From NCBI RefSeq assembly GCF_009914755.1, contig NC_060926.1: a stretch of 64,000 nt of DNA; one strand, written 5' to 3'. The translations under genes and the position numbers were made by a program. The notes beneath the pieces were generated by a model. The model did not search any database and was not told where the DNA came from. It saw only the letters and a program-made list of their open reading frames with translations. This document shows, piece after piece, positions 34,113 through 55,777 of this stretch (the first letter of the stretch is position 1; each line of letters opens with the position of its first letter). This DNA is from the human T2T-CHM13v2.0 reference genome, Homo sapiens.

Positions 34113-35293
34113 TCAATGGGCAGAAGGAAGAAGAAAACAATCAATGTCACGCTAGAAAATGTGTCCACCAAAATTACAGCCAAGGCACTACTGATCCTTC
34201 TGATTGACTGACCTGTACTTTCTCACCACTTTGACCATTGCAGTGATAATTTTTCCTTCAAGTTTAACTAAAGGACATCTATTTTATAACTCAAACACAA
34301 TAGTGAATAAGTGTTTAATGTCATAGCTCAGGGAAAGCCTGATTTTCAAGGGTGTTTCTACAAATATCCATGCCAATTCACACTATAAAAGGGGGCTTAA
34401 GTTTAATTTTGCAAGATGAGAAATTTCTGGAGATGTCTTTCACAACGTTGTGGATATACTTAATACTACTAAACTGTACATTTAAAATCATTAAGATAGT
34501 AGTAATTTTATCTTGTGTTTTTTGCCACAACAAAAACAGTGGCAATCTTTAAAAAGGTGGGGGCAGTGCTCAAGGTCCTTGAACTACTACATGGCTTTTA
34601 TTGAAAAAATTGTTGCAAGAAAAATTAGCCAATACTTTTACTAAACATATACTAATTTCTGTAAAAAAGTATCTTTAATATATGGTTACAAATAAAAATC
34701 CTAGTGTATACACCTGTGAAACATCAACAGTGTGTTAGATTTTGTGTCTACTAGAGGATTTAAATAAATTTCTACATTCATGTCAGATGGCAATTTTAAT
34801 ATTCTAGCCTCTTTCCTAAAACTGAAATCTAAAATTCAGGTTCAGAGAACACTAACTAATTTTGCCTTGATATCCTCCTTCGGTTCCATTCTTGGTGTTA
34901 CAATGACATAGTAGCAATTTTCCAAGGATGCTACAAGAGAAGCTCTGAACTCCCTATCTAAAAATCACTTAAAGAATGAGAAAATTGTTTCATGTTGTTC
35001 AAAATCGACCTTGTAAGGAATTTTGCCCAGGCTGGCCCAGAACAAGAAAATCTTACACCATTTATTTTAGGAATGTGAAAGTGTCAGTGACTCAATGAGC
35101 TAAAGCAACAGCATTACTACACTTCTTCATCTTTGGCAACAGTTTAATGCTTTGAAAAAATAAAGCCATCATTATCTGCATAAATCCTTTTAGGAAATTC
35201 AATTATGGGTCAGATCCCAAATAAGCAGTAATCTATATTAGTTACTAGATTCAGCAATTGAAGACTGGACCAGCATCATTAACTTATCACTTA

Positions 35294-35485
<192 letters not shown>

Positions 35486-35720
35486 TTAATCTGCCTTTAC
35501 TATATAAACTGTAGCTCAGGGTAACCAAATAATTGATAAAGGGTAGTTTGTTTTTATAGAGGTACTTCAGATAAGGAAGGAAAGGAGAATTAGAATATCA
35601 CCCTTTTGTAAGCCCCTAGAAAATCAATGAAACTGGGCAATAATCAATAGCTCCTAACATCATGAAGAGAGAGAACCAGGCAAAATATAATTAAACCTGA
35701 ATCTGATCAAGTCTCTGGAT

Positions 35721-35928
35721 CAGTTTCTCAACCTCAGTACTGGTGACATTTTAAGTTGGATAATTCTTTGTTGTGGGGGTTTCCTGTGCTTTGTAGCATG
35801 TTTAGCAGCATCCCTGGCCTCTACCCACTAGATGCCAATAGCATCCCCAAGTTGTGACCAGCAAAAATGTCTCCAGACATTGCCAAATATACCCTGGTGA
35901 GCAAAATCACCCCTATTGAGAACCACTG
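35721..35928 (-). mobile_element. MER20 (hAT-Charlie DNA transposon)
   Basis: TIRs cagt..ttctcaa / ttgagaaccactg; aaaaatgtctccagacattgccaaat core; 8-bp TSD ctctggat/ctctagaa. Confidence 0.88.
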
Positions 35929-36080
35929 CTCTAGAACTATTCACTAATTTACAGAAAACACAACAAACAAAGGAACATGTTCACTACCACCACATAAATG
36001 CAGACTGTAGGAAATGACAGAAGAAACATTCCATAGCTGCAGAAAAATAATTTTTAATGAAGCTATGAAGAGGATTCTTC

Positions 36081-36150
36081 TTTTTTTTAAGGGGCCATGC
36101 TAATCTCTGTATCATTCCAATTTTATTATATGTGCTGCTGAGGCAAGCAC
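36081..36150 (-). pseudogene. 3'-truncated U6 snRNA retrocopy with short poly(A)
   Basis: Reverse complement GTGCTTGCCTCAGCAGCACATATAATAAAATTGGAATGATACAGAGATTAGCATGGCCCCT matches U6 nt 1-~64. Confidence 0.92.
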
Positions 36151-36513
36151 AGGGAATCTCAATCTTAAAAGACCTAAGAGATATAACAATGAATCACAAT
36201 ATACATCCTTATTTGGATTCCAATTTAAACAAAGTAAAAAAAAAAGTTTTTTAATTTACAAGATAATCCGGGAAATGGAAATACCAATATAATACAAATG
36301 CTTGATGATATTAAGAAATCAATGTTTCTAGGAGGTTTTTTTGGTTGTTGTTAAGCATTATCTTTTAGAGATACACAGTGAGACACTTACAAATGAAATA
36401 CATCATCTAGAGTTTGCTTCAAAATAATCCAGAGGATGGAGAAGAGATGGAGGTATAAACGAAATAATTATTTTGGTAATGATTAAAAGTAGGTGATGAA
36501 TTCATAGAATTTA

Positions 36514-37410
<897 letters not shown>

Positions 37411-38025
37411 TTAACAAAAAGTGGGGGAAACTCATATGTTGGGTTTCTAGAACTTAATGAGTCCTATTATACTCAAGGTTATAAAATTAACCAGTGGTCA
37501 AAACTACACAGAAATTGCCTTCAGTGACCTTACAAAGCCAGCATATACTAGATCTTTCATAGCAAGCTTGCTACAAAGATTCCATACCATCTTGCTGCTC
37601 ATTAGTAATGAGTGTCCAAGTAACAGCATTATAAAAATGTGTCTCATATGCATACAGATCTGCAGACTGGTCTTCAATGAAGTATTTTCCTAGGAAACTA
37701 ATCTTTCCTTGATTGTCCAATGTTAATTACTCTATATATTTCAAAATGTGTTAATTGATACAAGGATTTTCTATAGTGTATTTTTCATGCAATTTCTGTT
37801 TGAGGAAGAAAAAAACAGACTGACCAATAATTTTAAAAATAAAAATAGGCTGATTATGGGTTTTCTTTAAAAAGGCATAACATATTGGTTTCTACAAAAT
37901 AGCATCAAGACATAAAAAATACACCTACCCTGAAATACAGAATACGTAGCTTTAAAACAAATTTCATGCTCAGTAGTAAAACCTTCTATATTTATGAGAA
38001 GAGGCCAAAAACTTCTTCCTTAACT

Positions 38026-38335
38026 AGCAAAGGTCACAAACTATCAGCTGGCAGACTGAATTTGGTCCAAAGATGTGTTTTCTTTGGCATGCAAAGTACT
38101 GTTTTTTAGTTGCATTAGTTGACATTAAGAAATCACAAGATTTCCCATAAATACTCAGTTTTTCTGGTTTATTTTGATAAACTGCAAGTGTGAACAACAC
38201 TAGGTTTCCGGTCCCAAGTAGCACCAGCCCCTTGAAGACAAGCAGTCTTTCTCCTTCAGAAAAGCAACCAAACAGGGCTCATCAGTTATCTATCTACAGA
38301 CCACACTGTCCTTGTGGATTTGAGACTCTTGTCAC
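38026..38335. mobile_element. Possible old hAT-Charlie MITE (MER102/MER58-like)
   Basis: caaaggtcacaaact...gaatttggtcc start and ggatttgagactcttg end resemble hAT TIR regions. Confidence 0.4.
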
Positions 38336-38799
38336 ATAGGTTTCCAATTAAGTAGCCCTTTGTTTAAAATAGAAAGTCTATGGAATTTACTAAATATCTA
38401 CATTTTGTCTGTCAGCATATTCAAAAAGACAAATCATATATTCATGCAACTTTGGAGCCAGAAGGACCCTTAGAAAGGCAAACGTTAAGTGATCTTCCTC
38501 AAAGACATTCAGCAAATCAGTGAGTCTACTTAAAGACTCCTAACTCCTGCCTTCAATTTGGTGTTCTTCCATTACTGTATATCTCCTAACCCTTTCCCAA
38601 TTTTAAAGCTATAGTTGAAAACCAGAAAGAGTATCTGGCATTAGTAAGTAGACCACTATTATAAGAAGCTATTGGGGTAATACTCAGCCATCCCTCAATA
38701 CTCAGTTACCTTCAGATATATTCAGATATATCACGAGATATATATTCAGATGTATCATGAAAATACACAAAAGCACCAACAACTTAAAAATTAGTCAAA

Positions 38800-41299
<2,500 letters not shown>

Positions 41300-42369
41300 T
41301 GAAGAAACTACTGATTAGTTCACACTCTATTAGTTTTCCTTGTAATGGGGATAAGGAGGTACTTTCACTCTTTACCGTATTACCCCATTGTCTGACTTTT
41401 TAGAAAGAACATGTATTCATTTTATAACTTTGAAAAATATATTTTCTGAATTTGGTGTGTTTTTTAAAAATTTTCTACGAAGCCCCTTTTTAATTTAGTA
41501 AATAGGAACTAATAAAATGACAAAATATTAATGTTAATTTTATAATTTGTAAAACAATCAAGATTTCTGCATAAAAGGTTCCTCTATATGCCTGTGTAAC
41601 ATAAAGGAAAACACTTGGGGAAAAAGTAGAAGAAAAGAACACCAGTTTTCTACATCACAGGAGAACAGAACCTCCAGATAAAATTCTGACTAGGACTGAA
41701 TATAGAAACTATGGTTCTAGAAGTTACAATTTCAAGTAAGCAACAGTCTAAATATTTTAGATTAGATCACACAATTATAGTCTCTGAGATCTGCATTAAA
41801 TGCATAAAATCATTTTGCTTTTCATTATACACCAGAACTTCAAAGTTTAAGCCACAATCCCACAAATAATACTTGGCTAATGGCTTTTACTTTTAGACAA
41901 CTGATTGTGCTATTTATAATATATAATGCTGTTTTGTATGTTACATGGCTTTCTACAGCAAGCACCCATATCCAAACACTCCTACTTATTTTACTATCTA
42001 CTGGGGGAAAGGAGATGGGGAACAAGAGAGAGGAACAGTTAACATCCCGGAAAACATGGGGGAAGGATTGCAGAGCACAAAAGAGCGTGTTTCAACCACT
42101 CCTAGACCAATTTTTCTCACACACTTAACCAAATCACTTGAACTTGTCTATACTAGCTCCACTCATTCAGACTTGGTCTTGAGTGGTTATAAGCAATATT
42201 ATATGTTGCTATTTCACATAACATATCTATAGGACTCATCATCAGAAAACTATGATAGAACCAAGGAACACATTTTGGGGCAGGAAACAACGTACCAAGT
42301 AAGCTATTCTAATATTTCATCACTGCCCTGGGTTAAGGGGTAGAAAATAGAGGGAGAAAAGAGAATATC

Positions 42370-43027
<658 letters not shown>

Positions 43028-44828
43028 CTACTTTAACAATGCAACTCAGCCTAGGAGAACCACATGAAGCTTCAAAGAAGATACACTACTGAGATAGAAT
43101 AGAGCAGATGGTCATAAAAGGAAACATTTGAAAATATATGGATATTCTGAAATCAGGTCTTAGACCAAATTACTAACAATAAATACTCTGATAATTTCTA
43201 AAAGAGCTAAATATATATGTTACCTTTAATAATTCTGATGAAGGACTTATGATAGGTATAATTAATTTTCATTTGCTTTATTGTCTAATCATTATTGAAA
43301 GATCCTATGAGTGAATGATCCACAGTGATTTATCAGTTGATATATTTTGAGAGAGTAGACCTAAAAGGTATACAAGTTTCCCAATACCTGCCATTTATAA
43401 ATGATATAAAATCTTTCCAAAACAAATATTTGTTGAACACATAGTAAATTTCACACACTGTGCAAGGTTCTATGGGACAATAAAACTGAATACAGTACTA
43501 ATCCTGGACTCAAAGAACTTAGACACCAATCTTTCTACTTTATTACAATAGCTACCTAAATTGATTCTATTGCATGCGAGTCTTGTCCCATTCCAACCCA
43601 CCATTTCTAAAATCTGTTTACATCTGTGGTAATGGAAATAATTTTTAGACTACTTACTGCCTAGTTTCTCAAAGTTTGTCACACAAGCACCTCAACAGGT
43701 AGGAGAAAGAGCCTAGGCCCTGGAGGCTTGGAGATGTAGACTGAAACTGCCATAACAAGCCAAAATTGTCTTTATCTAATTCATGCAACTATTACATTCA
43801 CTCCATAATACAGCCATATATGATTTTAATACAAATAATGATTGCTTTTCTCCCCTGAGTTGAGTAAACTGACACTCTAGCAAGATGCCCCTTGTTATTT
43901 CTGTCTTTTCACACACCCATACACTACCAGGCTAAAAATACCTGCAAGACAGAGTCAAAAGCCTTCAGCCACTCCAACTACATCTCCCCCAGCAACAAAG
44001 CAATGCCACAGCCACATCAAAGTACTTGCAACACAACCCTCCTCCATTGCCATTCACTAATGTGAGCACATGCGCACGCACACACACGCCCCTTAATGTT
44101 TCATGCCGTTCCTGTTCCCTTTCCTGGAATTCTCGTCCCTACTTATCCAACTACTAACAAGCTTGTACTCATCCTGCCAGATTTCACTCAAGCATTACCT
44201 CTTCTGTGATGCTGTCCTGACCACCCAAAACAGTTAACCATGCTTTCTTGGGTTCCCTCTATTCCTCTCATATAGCTATGACAGCACCTCATTTCAGAAG
44301 TGTTACTTTTTTCCTTTGTTTAGTCATTTTCTTTCTCACTAAGCTATTACCTTCTTTTGAAGGCCAAAAGCCTCATTTAATTTATGTTTGTATTTGTAAG
44401 GCCCAACAGTGCCTGACAAACAATGGCTGTTCAATTAATGTTTGCCAAATAAATAGAGAAATAAATTAATAAATATCACTCCCTAAACTCTCCCCTAATT
44501 TATTTTTCATCATAGTACTTACAGCTTTCTAACATACCATAATTCACTTTTTTATTATCTTTTTGTGGCTTTTTCACTGATATATTAATAATTCCAGCAC
44601 CAAGAACAGTACCTGAGGCATAGCAGGCACTCAATACCTATTGAATGAATGGAAGAAATATACTTGGTTATTTGGAACTCGTTCTGCTCAGATTATTCAA
44701 CATAAAATGAGGCTTTTCCCATGAAATATTTTTTCGAAAAAAAGAAATGCCTGTATCCTTGATAATCGCAGTAAATAACACCATTTTTATAAACTTTGAA
44801 TAAAATATATAGTTTAATTATACAACTA

Positions 44829-45143
<315 letters not shown>

Positions 45144-45320
45144 TTATATACATATATATAAAATATTTTTTTAATGTAGACCAAAACAAAACAAAACATG
45201 GATCTCCAGTTAGTGTGGTTTAAAAATTATTGGCTCAGAATTTGACCTATAAAGTGGAATACTTGCCTGGCATCCTCATATTTTTCAACATAAAGCTTCA
45301 ATTATTTTTCCAAAAAAAAA

Positions 45321-47507
45321 TTTTTTTTTAATTGATCATTCTTGGGTGTTTCTCGCAGAGGGGGATTTGGCAGGGTCATAGGACAATAGTGGAGGGAAGG
45401 TCAGCAGATAAACAAGTGAACAAAGGTCTCTGGTTTTCCTAGGCAGAGGACCCTGCGGCCTTCCGCAGTGTTTGTGTCCCTGGGTACTTGAGATTAGGGA
45501 GTGGTGATGACTCTTAACGAGCATGCTGCCTTCAAGCATCTGTTTAACAAAGCACATCTTGCACCGCCCTTAATCCATTTAACCCTGAGTGGACACAGCA
45601 CATGTTTCAGAGAGCACAGGGTTGGGGGTAAGGTCACAGATCAACAGGATAAGAATTTTTCTTAGTACAGAACAAAATGAAAAGTCTCCCATGTCTACCT
45701 CTTTCTACACAGACACGGCAACCATCCGATTTCTCAATCTTTTCCCCACCTTTCCCCCCTTTCTATTCCACAAAACCGCCATTGTCATCATGGCCCGTTC
45801 TCAATGAGCTGTTGGGTACACCTCCCAGACGGGGTGGTGGCCGGGCAGAGGGGCTCCTCACTTCCCAGTAGGGGCGGCCGGGCAGAGGCGCCCCTCACCT
45901 CCCGGACGGGGCGGCTGGCCGGGCAGGGGGCTGACCCCCCACCTCCCTCCCGGACGGGGTGGCTGGCCGGGCAGAGGGGCTCCTCACTTCCCAGTAGGGG
46001 CGGCCGGGCAGAGGCGCCCCTCACCTCCCGAACCGGGCGGCTGGCCGGGCGGGGGGCTGACCCCCCCACCTCCCTCCCGGACGGGGCGGCTGGCCGGGCG
46101 GGGGGCTGACCCCCCCACCTCCCTCCCGGACGGGGCGGCTGGCCGGGCGGGGGGCTGACCCCCCTACCTCCCTCCCGGAAGGGGCGGCTGGCCGGGGGGG
46201 GGGGGGGCTGACCCCCCCACCTCCCTCCCGGACGTGGGGGGCTGGCCGGGCGGGGGGCTGACCCCCCCACCTCCCTCCCGGACGGGGCGGCTGGCCGGGC
46301 GGGGGGCTGACCCCCCCACCTCCCTCCCAGACGGGGCGGCTCGCCGGGCGGGGGGCTGACCCCCCCACCTCCCTCCTGGACGGGGCGGCTGGCCGGCCAG
46401 AGGGGCTCCTCACTTCCCAGTAGGGGCGGCCGGGCAGAGGCGCCCCTCACCTCCCGGACGGGGCGGCTGGCTGGGCGGGGGGCTGACCCCCCCACCTCCC
46501 TCCCGAACGGGGCGGCTGGCTGTGCAGAGGGGCTCCTCACTTCCCAGTAGGGGCAGCCGGGCAGAGGCGCCCCTCACCTCCCGGATGGGGCGGCTGGCCG
46601 GGTGGGGGGCTGACCCCCCCCACCTCCCTCCCGGACGGGGCGGCTGGCCTGGCGGGGGCTGACCCCCACCTCCCTCCCGGACGGGGTGGCTGCCGGGCGG
46701 AGACGCTCCTCACTTCCCAGACGGGGCGGCTGCCGGGCGGAGGGGCTCCTCACTTCTCAGACAGGGCAGTTGCCAGGCGGAGGGTCTCCTCACTTCTCTG
46801 ATGGGGCGGCCGGGCAGAGACGCTCCTCACCTCCCAGACGGGGTCGCGGCTGGGCAGAGGCGCTCCTCACATCCCAGACGGGGCGGTGGGGCAGAGGCGC
46901 TCCCCACATCTCAGACGATGGGCGGCCGGGCAGAGACGCTCCTCACTTCCTAGATGGGATGGCGGCCGGGCAGAGACGCTCCTCACTTTCCAGACTGGGC
47001 AGCCAGGCAGAGGGGCTCCTCACGTCCCAGACGATGGGCGGCCAGGCAGAGACGCTCCTCACTTCCCAGACGGGGTGGCGGCCGGGCAGAGGCTGCAATC
47101 TCGGCACTTTGGGAGGCCAAGGCAGGCGGCTGGGAGGTGGAGGTTGTAGCGAGCCGAGATCACGCCACTGCACTCCAGCCTGGGCACCATTGAGCACTGA
47201 GTGAACCAGACTCGGTCTGCAATCCTAGCACCTCGGGAGGCCAAGGCTGGCGGATCACTCGCGGTTAGGAGCTGGAGACCAGCCCGGCCAACACAGCGAA
47301 ACCCCGTCTCCACCAAAAAAATACGAAAACCAGTCAGGTGTGGCGGCGTGCGCCTGCAATCGCAGGCTGAGGCAGGAGAATCAGGCAGGGAGGTTGCAGT
47401 GAGCCGAGATGGCAGCAGTACAGTCCAGCTTTGGCTCGGCATCAGAGGGAGACCATGGAAAGAGAGGGAGAGGGAGACCGTGGGGAGAGGGAGAGGGAGA
47501 GGGAGAG
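45321..47507 (-). mobile_element. SVA retrotransposon (probably SVA_D), all domains present, sense to SLC25A12
   Basis: Short (CCCTCT)n head at ~47483-47507, Alu-like ~47090-47460, GC-rich VNTR ~45825-47090, SINE-R ~45330-45825, poly(A). Confidence 0.96.
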
Positions 47508-47701
47508 CGCCTAATCTCTTTTTTAAGACCATTACACTAACCCGTAAGTCACAGAGCTACCCTACAAGATGCTTTAAATATAGGATGCCAGTATTTATTG
47601 CCTTAGCTCTTTGCAGCTCCTCTGTTTTTTAACATTGGATTAATATTGATGCAGCAGTGCTACACCTTGATTTAAAAACAACAAAATTTTTTTTAAATAC
47701 A

Positions 47702-48467
<766 letters not shown>

Positions 48468-48526
48468 TAAATTTTTAACAATATATTCCAGAACATTAGT
48501 TTTCAGAAAATGCATGAAGATACTTA

Positions 48527-48670
<144 letters not shown>

Positions 48671-48854
48671 CTAAAAAAATAAATAAATAATGCATACTGA
48701 AAAATTATCCAATATCATTTTATATCCAATAAATGGTTTGTGAAAAGGTAAATTAAAGGCCAGTATTAAAATCAAAATAAAGATAATAAATGCAGAATTT
48801 TTCTCTGGATACCGAAAAATCAAATATTCAGAGCCTGATTTAAAAACATTTTAT

Positions 48855-49205
48855 AGTACTAATACATGCACAACATGTAGGAACCTTGAAAACATTATGA
48901 TAAGTGAAAGAAGACAGACACTAAAGGCCATATATTATGTGATACTATTAAGTGGCATGTCCACAATAGGCAAGACCATAGAATCAGAAAGCAGAATATT
49001 GGTTGCCAGGAGCTGAAAGGAGAGGGGGAATGGGAGTTAACTGCTTACTGGTTATCAGATTTCTCTTTGGGGATGATGAAAATGTTCTGGAATTAGATAG
49101 TGGTAACATCATACAACATGGTAAATATACTTTTTTAAAAAACACTGAATTGTATACGTTAAAATGGTGAATTTTACATTATGTGAATTTTATCTCAATT
49201 AAAAA
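48855..49205 (+). mobile_element. L1MB/ME 3' end
   Basis: gaaccttgaaaacattatgataagtgaaagaag...aaaatggtgaatttt...ttttatctcaatt. Confidence 0.75.
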
Positions 49206-50188
49206 TACATATATTGGTAAGATAAAAGATATGAAAAGACTAAGAAAAGTGAAAGGGCAGCCAGGACCTGAAAGTGACTCCCAGAGGCTTCCTGTCTACA
49301 AGAGCACCAGGGAGACACGTAATCTGCCAAACCTTAGAAGTGAAATGAATGAGAAAAGAATAACAAACAAGACCTCTCATCATTCCAAGTTCCAGTAGCC
49401 AGAAATAGGAAATAAATTAAAATATTCTTTGACATCAGTAATTTTTTACATCAATAATTTTTTTAAATAAAATAATAATAATACCTGTATCAAAGAAACT
49501 CATTAATTTAAGGGCTTTATATACTATGGGATGACCAAACATGAACAACCAAAGCCCTTCTCCTTGAGTTGCATCAGATTGATTGTTACTTCAGTCAACC
49601 AACAAAGCAGTAAGATCAGAACTGAAGAATACAAGGGCTCACAAAATGTCAAGCATGAAAAATTAAAGCGAACATCTACACTAGGGCCTGGCCCATCATC
49701 GTTAAATTGCAGAACATCCAAATGAAGTGAAAATTCTACAAGTTTTCAGAGAGAAAAACCAGGTCACATATAAAGAATCATGAATTAAGGGCATCATGCT
49801 CCTCAACAGTCCTGCTTTTTTTTCCCTCAGCACCTCTTTCTAACATACTTTATATTCTACTTCTTATGTTTATTGTCTATCTCCCAATTAGAATGTGTCA
49901 CAAGGGAAAGAATCTTTGTCTAATTTGTTTACTAATATATCCCAAACACCAAGAATGATGCCTGGCTTATAGTAGGCACTCAGTAAATATTTGGCAAATG
50001 AATGAATTGGTAATAGGTACACAAATAACTAGGCAAATCAAAAGTTTGGTAATTTTTAACTATGAGAAATTACTTTAATTGTACAAAAATAGAAAATATC
50101 ATAATCCATGACTTGGCTCAAAATAAACAGTATTTATAGTCATAATAATATAGACATCAAATATTAATTTAATAAAAATTATAAATAG

Positions 50189-51083
<895 letters not shown>

Positions 51084-51129
51084 CTACCACCACAAGTGCT
51101 ATATCAGCCTGCATAAGAAGTAACCCAGT

Positions 51130-51875
<746 letters not shown>

Positions 51876-52079
51876 CTACCAAAAGCATTCAAGAAATATC
51901 ACCCCAAAATAAAGTCATGTTCTCTATACATGACTATAAAAGCCATTCTTGAAGGGGTTTTGGGTTTAAACCTTGGCTCTACCACTAACCCTTTGTGAGT
52001 CCCTAGACAAGTTTATTGTCCTCCCAGGCCTCTAGATATTTCACACACTTACACAATGAAGACAAAATAATCTTTGAAA

Positions 52080-52164
52080 TTTCAAAACAATAAATATATA
52101 AACACAGGATAAAGAAAACAATAAGTTTCAAAACAATAAGTATATAAACATAGGATAAAGAAAA
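52080..52164. repeat. 46-bp-period tandem duplication
   Basis: tttcaaaacaataa(a/g)tatataaaca(c/t)aggataaagaaaa twice. Confidence 0.88.
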
Positions 52165-53013
52165 AGCAAACTGTAAGGTATTTACACTAATAGTAAGTAG
52201 ATTCCATCAATTCCTGTCAATTGCTTTTCTTCCTCATTCTTAATATGTACGAGATAATTGGACATGTTCCACCAAGATCACAAAACCACTAGAGTTAAGA
52301 ATAGGCAGGAGTGAGGAAAGGCACAATATGAGGAAGACCGCTGCAACTGGAAAGAAGGATGGATACAAGGAAGTCTAAAAACAGAATGTAAGGAGACTGA
52401 CAAGTTAGTTACTAGTCAATTACTAGTTCCTGTTACCAGTTCCATCCACCAGTAACTAGAATATGGGTTGCAAACAATGGTATGAGAAATATACTATGGG
52501 AACCAAAAAGGAGTGATTCATTCTTAGGACTGGTGGGATGGGGCCAGGGAATGGAGGGAGAAAGGCAACACTTGGAATGGACCTTAAAAGTTAAATCCAA
52601 TTTCAATTGCAAGTGGAGAGAATGGGTATTTCAAGCTAAAAACAAAAACAAAACAAAACAAAAACACAAAAATCTAATGTGAACAAAGTTGAAACAAAAA
52701 ATACCCCCCCTTTTTTTTTCTTTTCTGGGAGAAGGCTTAGTTGGAGAGAGAAATGGTAATAAAGAGAGCGTATACTAATACATGTAGTAGAAAAGGCAGT
52801 TTGAAACCAAATGGTAGAAGACTTTGAATGCTAAACAGAAGAGTCTGAACTTTATTCTGCGAGCTGTGGGATACTACTAAAAGTTTAAGAAGAAAGGAGA
52901 GACATACCTGATCTGTGCTATCCTTGATGGCAACATAAAAGGTGAGTGAAGGAGAGAAGAACTAACTTCGAACAGGGAGACTGGTAAGTGGCTATTACAA
53001 AGATACAGGGGAG

Positions 53014-53386
<373 letters not shown>

Positions 53387-53790
53387 CTATTGCTAATGGT
53401 TTTTTATTATTTTAATAGTATTACATTCATACCATTCAAAATTCAGAAGGTACCAAAGAATATACAGTGGAAAGTCTTCCTCCTACTTCTGTTCCCAATC
53501 ACTCAATTACCCACCCCAGAGGCAATCGATTTCTTATGTATCCTTCTAGAGATGTTTTATCCATAAACAAGTAAATTATATATATAATGTTAATATATAT
53601 ACATCCAAATATATGTGTGTATATATGAAATTCTTACCATTTCTTTTTATATAAATGATAGCATACTATTTATACCGTCCTATACATCTTGCTTTTGTCG
53701 AATTCAGTCCTTTTGAAAAGAAATTTAGCAATATATAGGTACATACACACAAGTATACATTATATATAATCATAAAAATGCTCGAATCCT

Positions 53791-54262
<472 letters not shown>

Positions 54263-54682
54263 AATACTAGAAATGGGATTATGGTGATCTTTGTTCTCGC
54301 TCTTCACAACTGCTTGTGTTGCTTCTTTGTTTCATTAACAGATGATAAAAGAGGGGGGAGCACATGAAAACATTTCAGAGATTTTGTATTAAGAAAATTT
54401 GGCAACAATTGTTCTTTTTGCCACAGAGGTGTCTATTCTCTAATATCTGAATTTGACCTCCAGGACTACAACCACTAAATAAAAAACACAAACACACAAT
54501 ACAAGCGTTCTGTATGGCATCTACTTCATAGAATACTATGCAGCCATAAAAAAGACTGGAATCATGTCCTTTGCAACAATGTGGATGCAGCTGGAGGCCA
54601 TTATCCTAAGCAGAATTAATGCAGAAACAGAAAATCAAATATCACATGTTCTCTTTTAAAAGTGGGAATTAAATATTGGGTA

Positions 54683-55293
54683 TGAGGCAGGAGAACAGGG
54701 TCTGGAGGCCATTTCACACCAACTTCCTAGAACTAAATTGAAAGGAAAACCCTAACTTTCCACACCTAAGTAACAAAAGGACCTGAGGCTACTCCCTTCG
54801 CAAACCCCCTTTTCTCCACGGCAGATGGGAAATTGGCTGTTCGCAATCAGACCGACTGCAGGCAGACTCTTCCTTTGCATAGAAATACAACGTTGTAACT
54901 TTCCCTTAGCCTCTGATTGGTTGCTTTCTGCAACCAATCAGATGTTTGTACGGGAGTGTGACCTTTATAACTTCACTTCAGCCTCTGATAGGTTGCTTTC
55001 CGCAACCAATCAGACCAATTGCGGGCCACCACTTCATTTACATGAGGTAAGCACCAAGTGGCCAATGGGGAACCTCTAGGAAGTATTTGGACGCGAGAAG
55101 TTTCTGTATCCAGGCCCTTAATCCGCTGCTCATTGGCTCCCACACTATGGAGTGTACTTTCATTTTCAATAAATTCCTGCTTTCGTTCTTTCATTGCTTC
55201 ATTCTTTCCTTGCTTTGCTGGGCGTTTTGTCCAACTCTGTTCAAAATGCCAAGAACCTGGACAACTTGCAGTCAAGACCCTCTACCTGTTACA
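54683..55293 (+). mobile_element. MER51-type solo LTR (611 bp)
   Basis: TG...CA termini, 4-bp TSD GGTA, AATAAA at ~55168, several CCAAT/ATTGG boxes. Confidence 0.9.
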
Positions 55294-55478
55294 GGTACAC
55301 ATGGACATAAAGACAGGAAAAATAGATACTGGGGACTATTAGAGCGGGGAGAGAGAGAAAGGGCAAGGGGTGAAAAAATTCCTGTTTGGTACCATGTTCA
55401 CTATCTGGATGACAGGATCAACAGAAGTCCAAACCTCAGCATCACACAACATACCTTTGTAAGAAACCTGCACATGGG

Positions 55479-55777
55479 GGCCGGGCGCGGTGGCTCACAC
55501 CTGTAATCTCAGCACTTTGGGAGGCGGAGACGGGTGGATCACGAGGTCAGGAGATCGAGACCATCCTGGCTAACATGGTGAAACCCCGTCTCTACTAAAA
55601 ATACAAAAAATTAGCTGGGTGTGGTGGCGGGCGCCTGTAGTCCCCGCTACTCGGGAGGCTGAGGCAAGAGAATGGTGTTAACCCGGGCGGCGGAGCTTGC
55701 AGTGAGCCAAGATTGCGCCACTGCACCACAGCCTGGGCGAGCGCAAGACTCTGTCTCAAAAAAAAAAAAAAAAAAAA
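55479..55777 (+). mobile_element. AluY
   Basis: 18-bp TSD aagaaacctgcacatggg. Confidence 0.92.

Noticed and set aside
45825-47090. CRISPR-like array or promoter CpG island
   Set aside because: Tandem SVA VNTR units without unique spacers; eukaryotic retroelement context
45788-47632. Long Pro/Gly/Arg-rich ORFs (up to 250 aa)
   Set aside because: Translations of the stop-poor SVA VNTR and Alu-like regions
55087-55506. 139-aa ORF
   Set aside because: Spans LTR, L1 and Alu junctions; chance open frame
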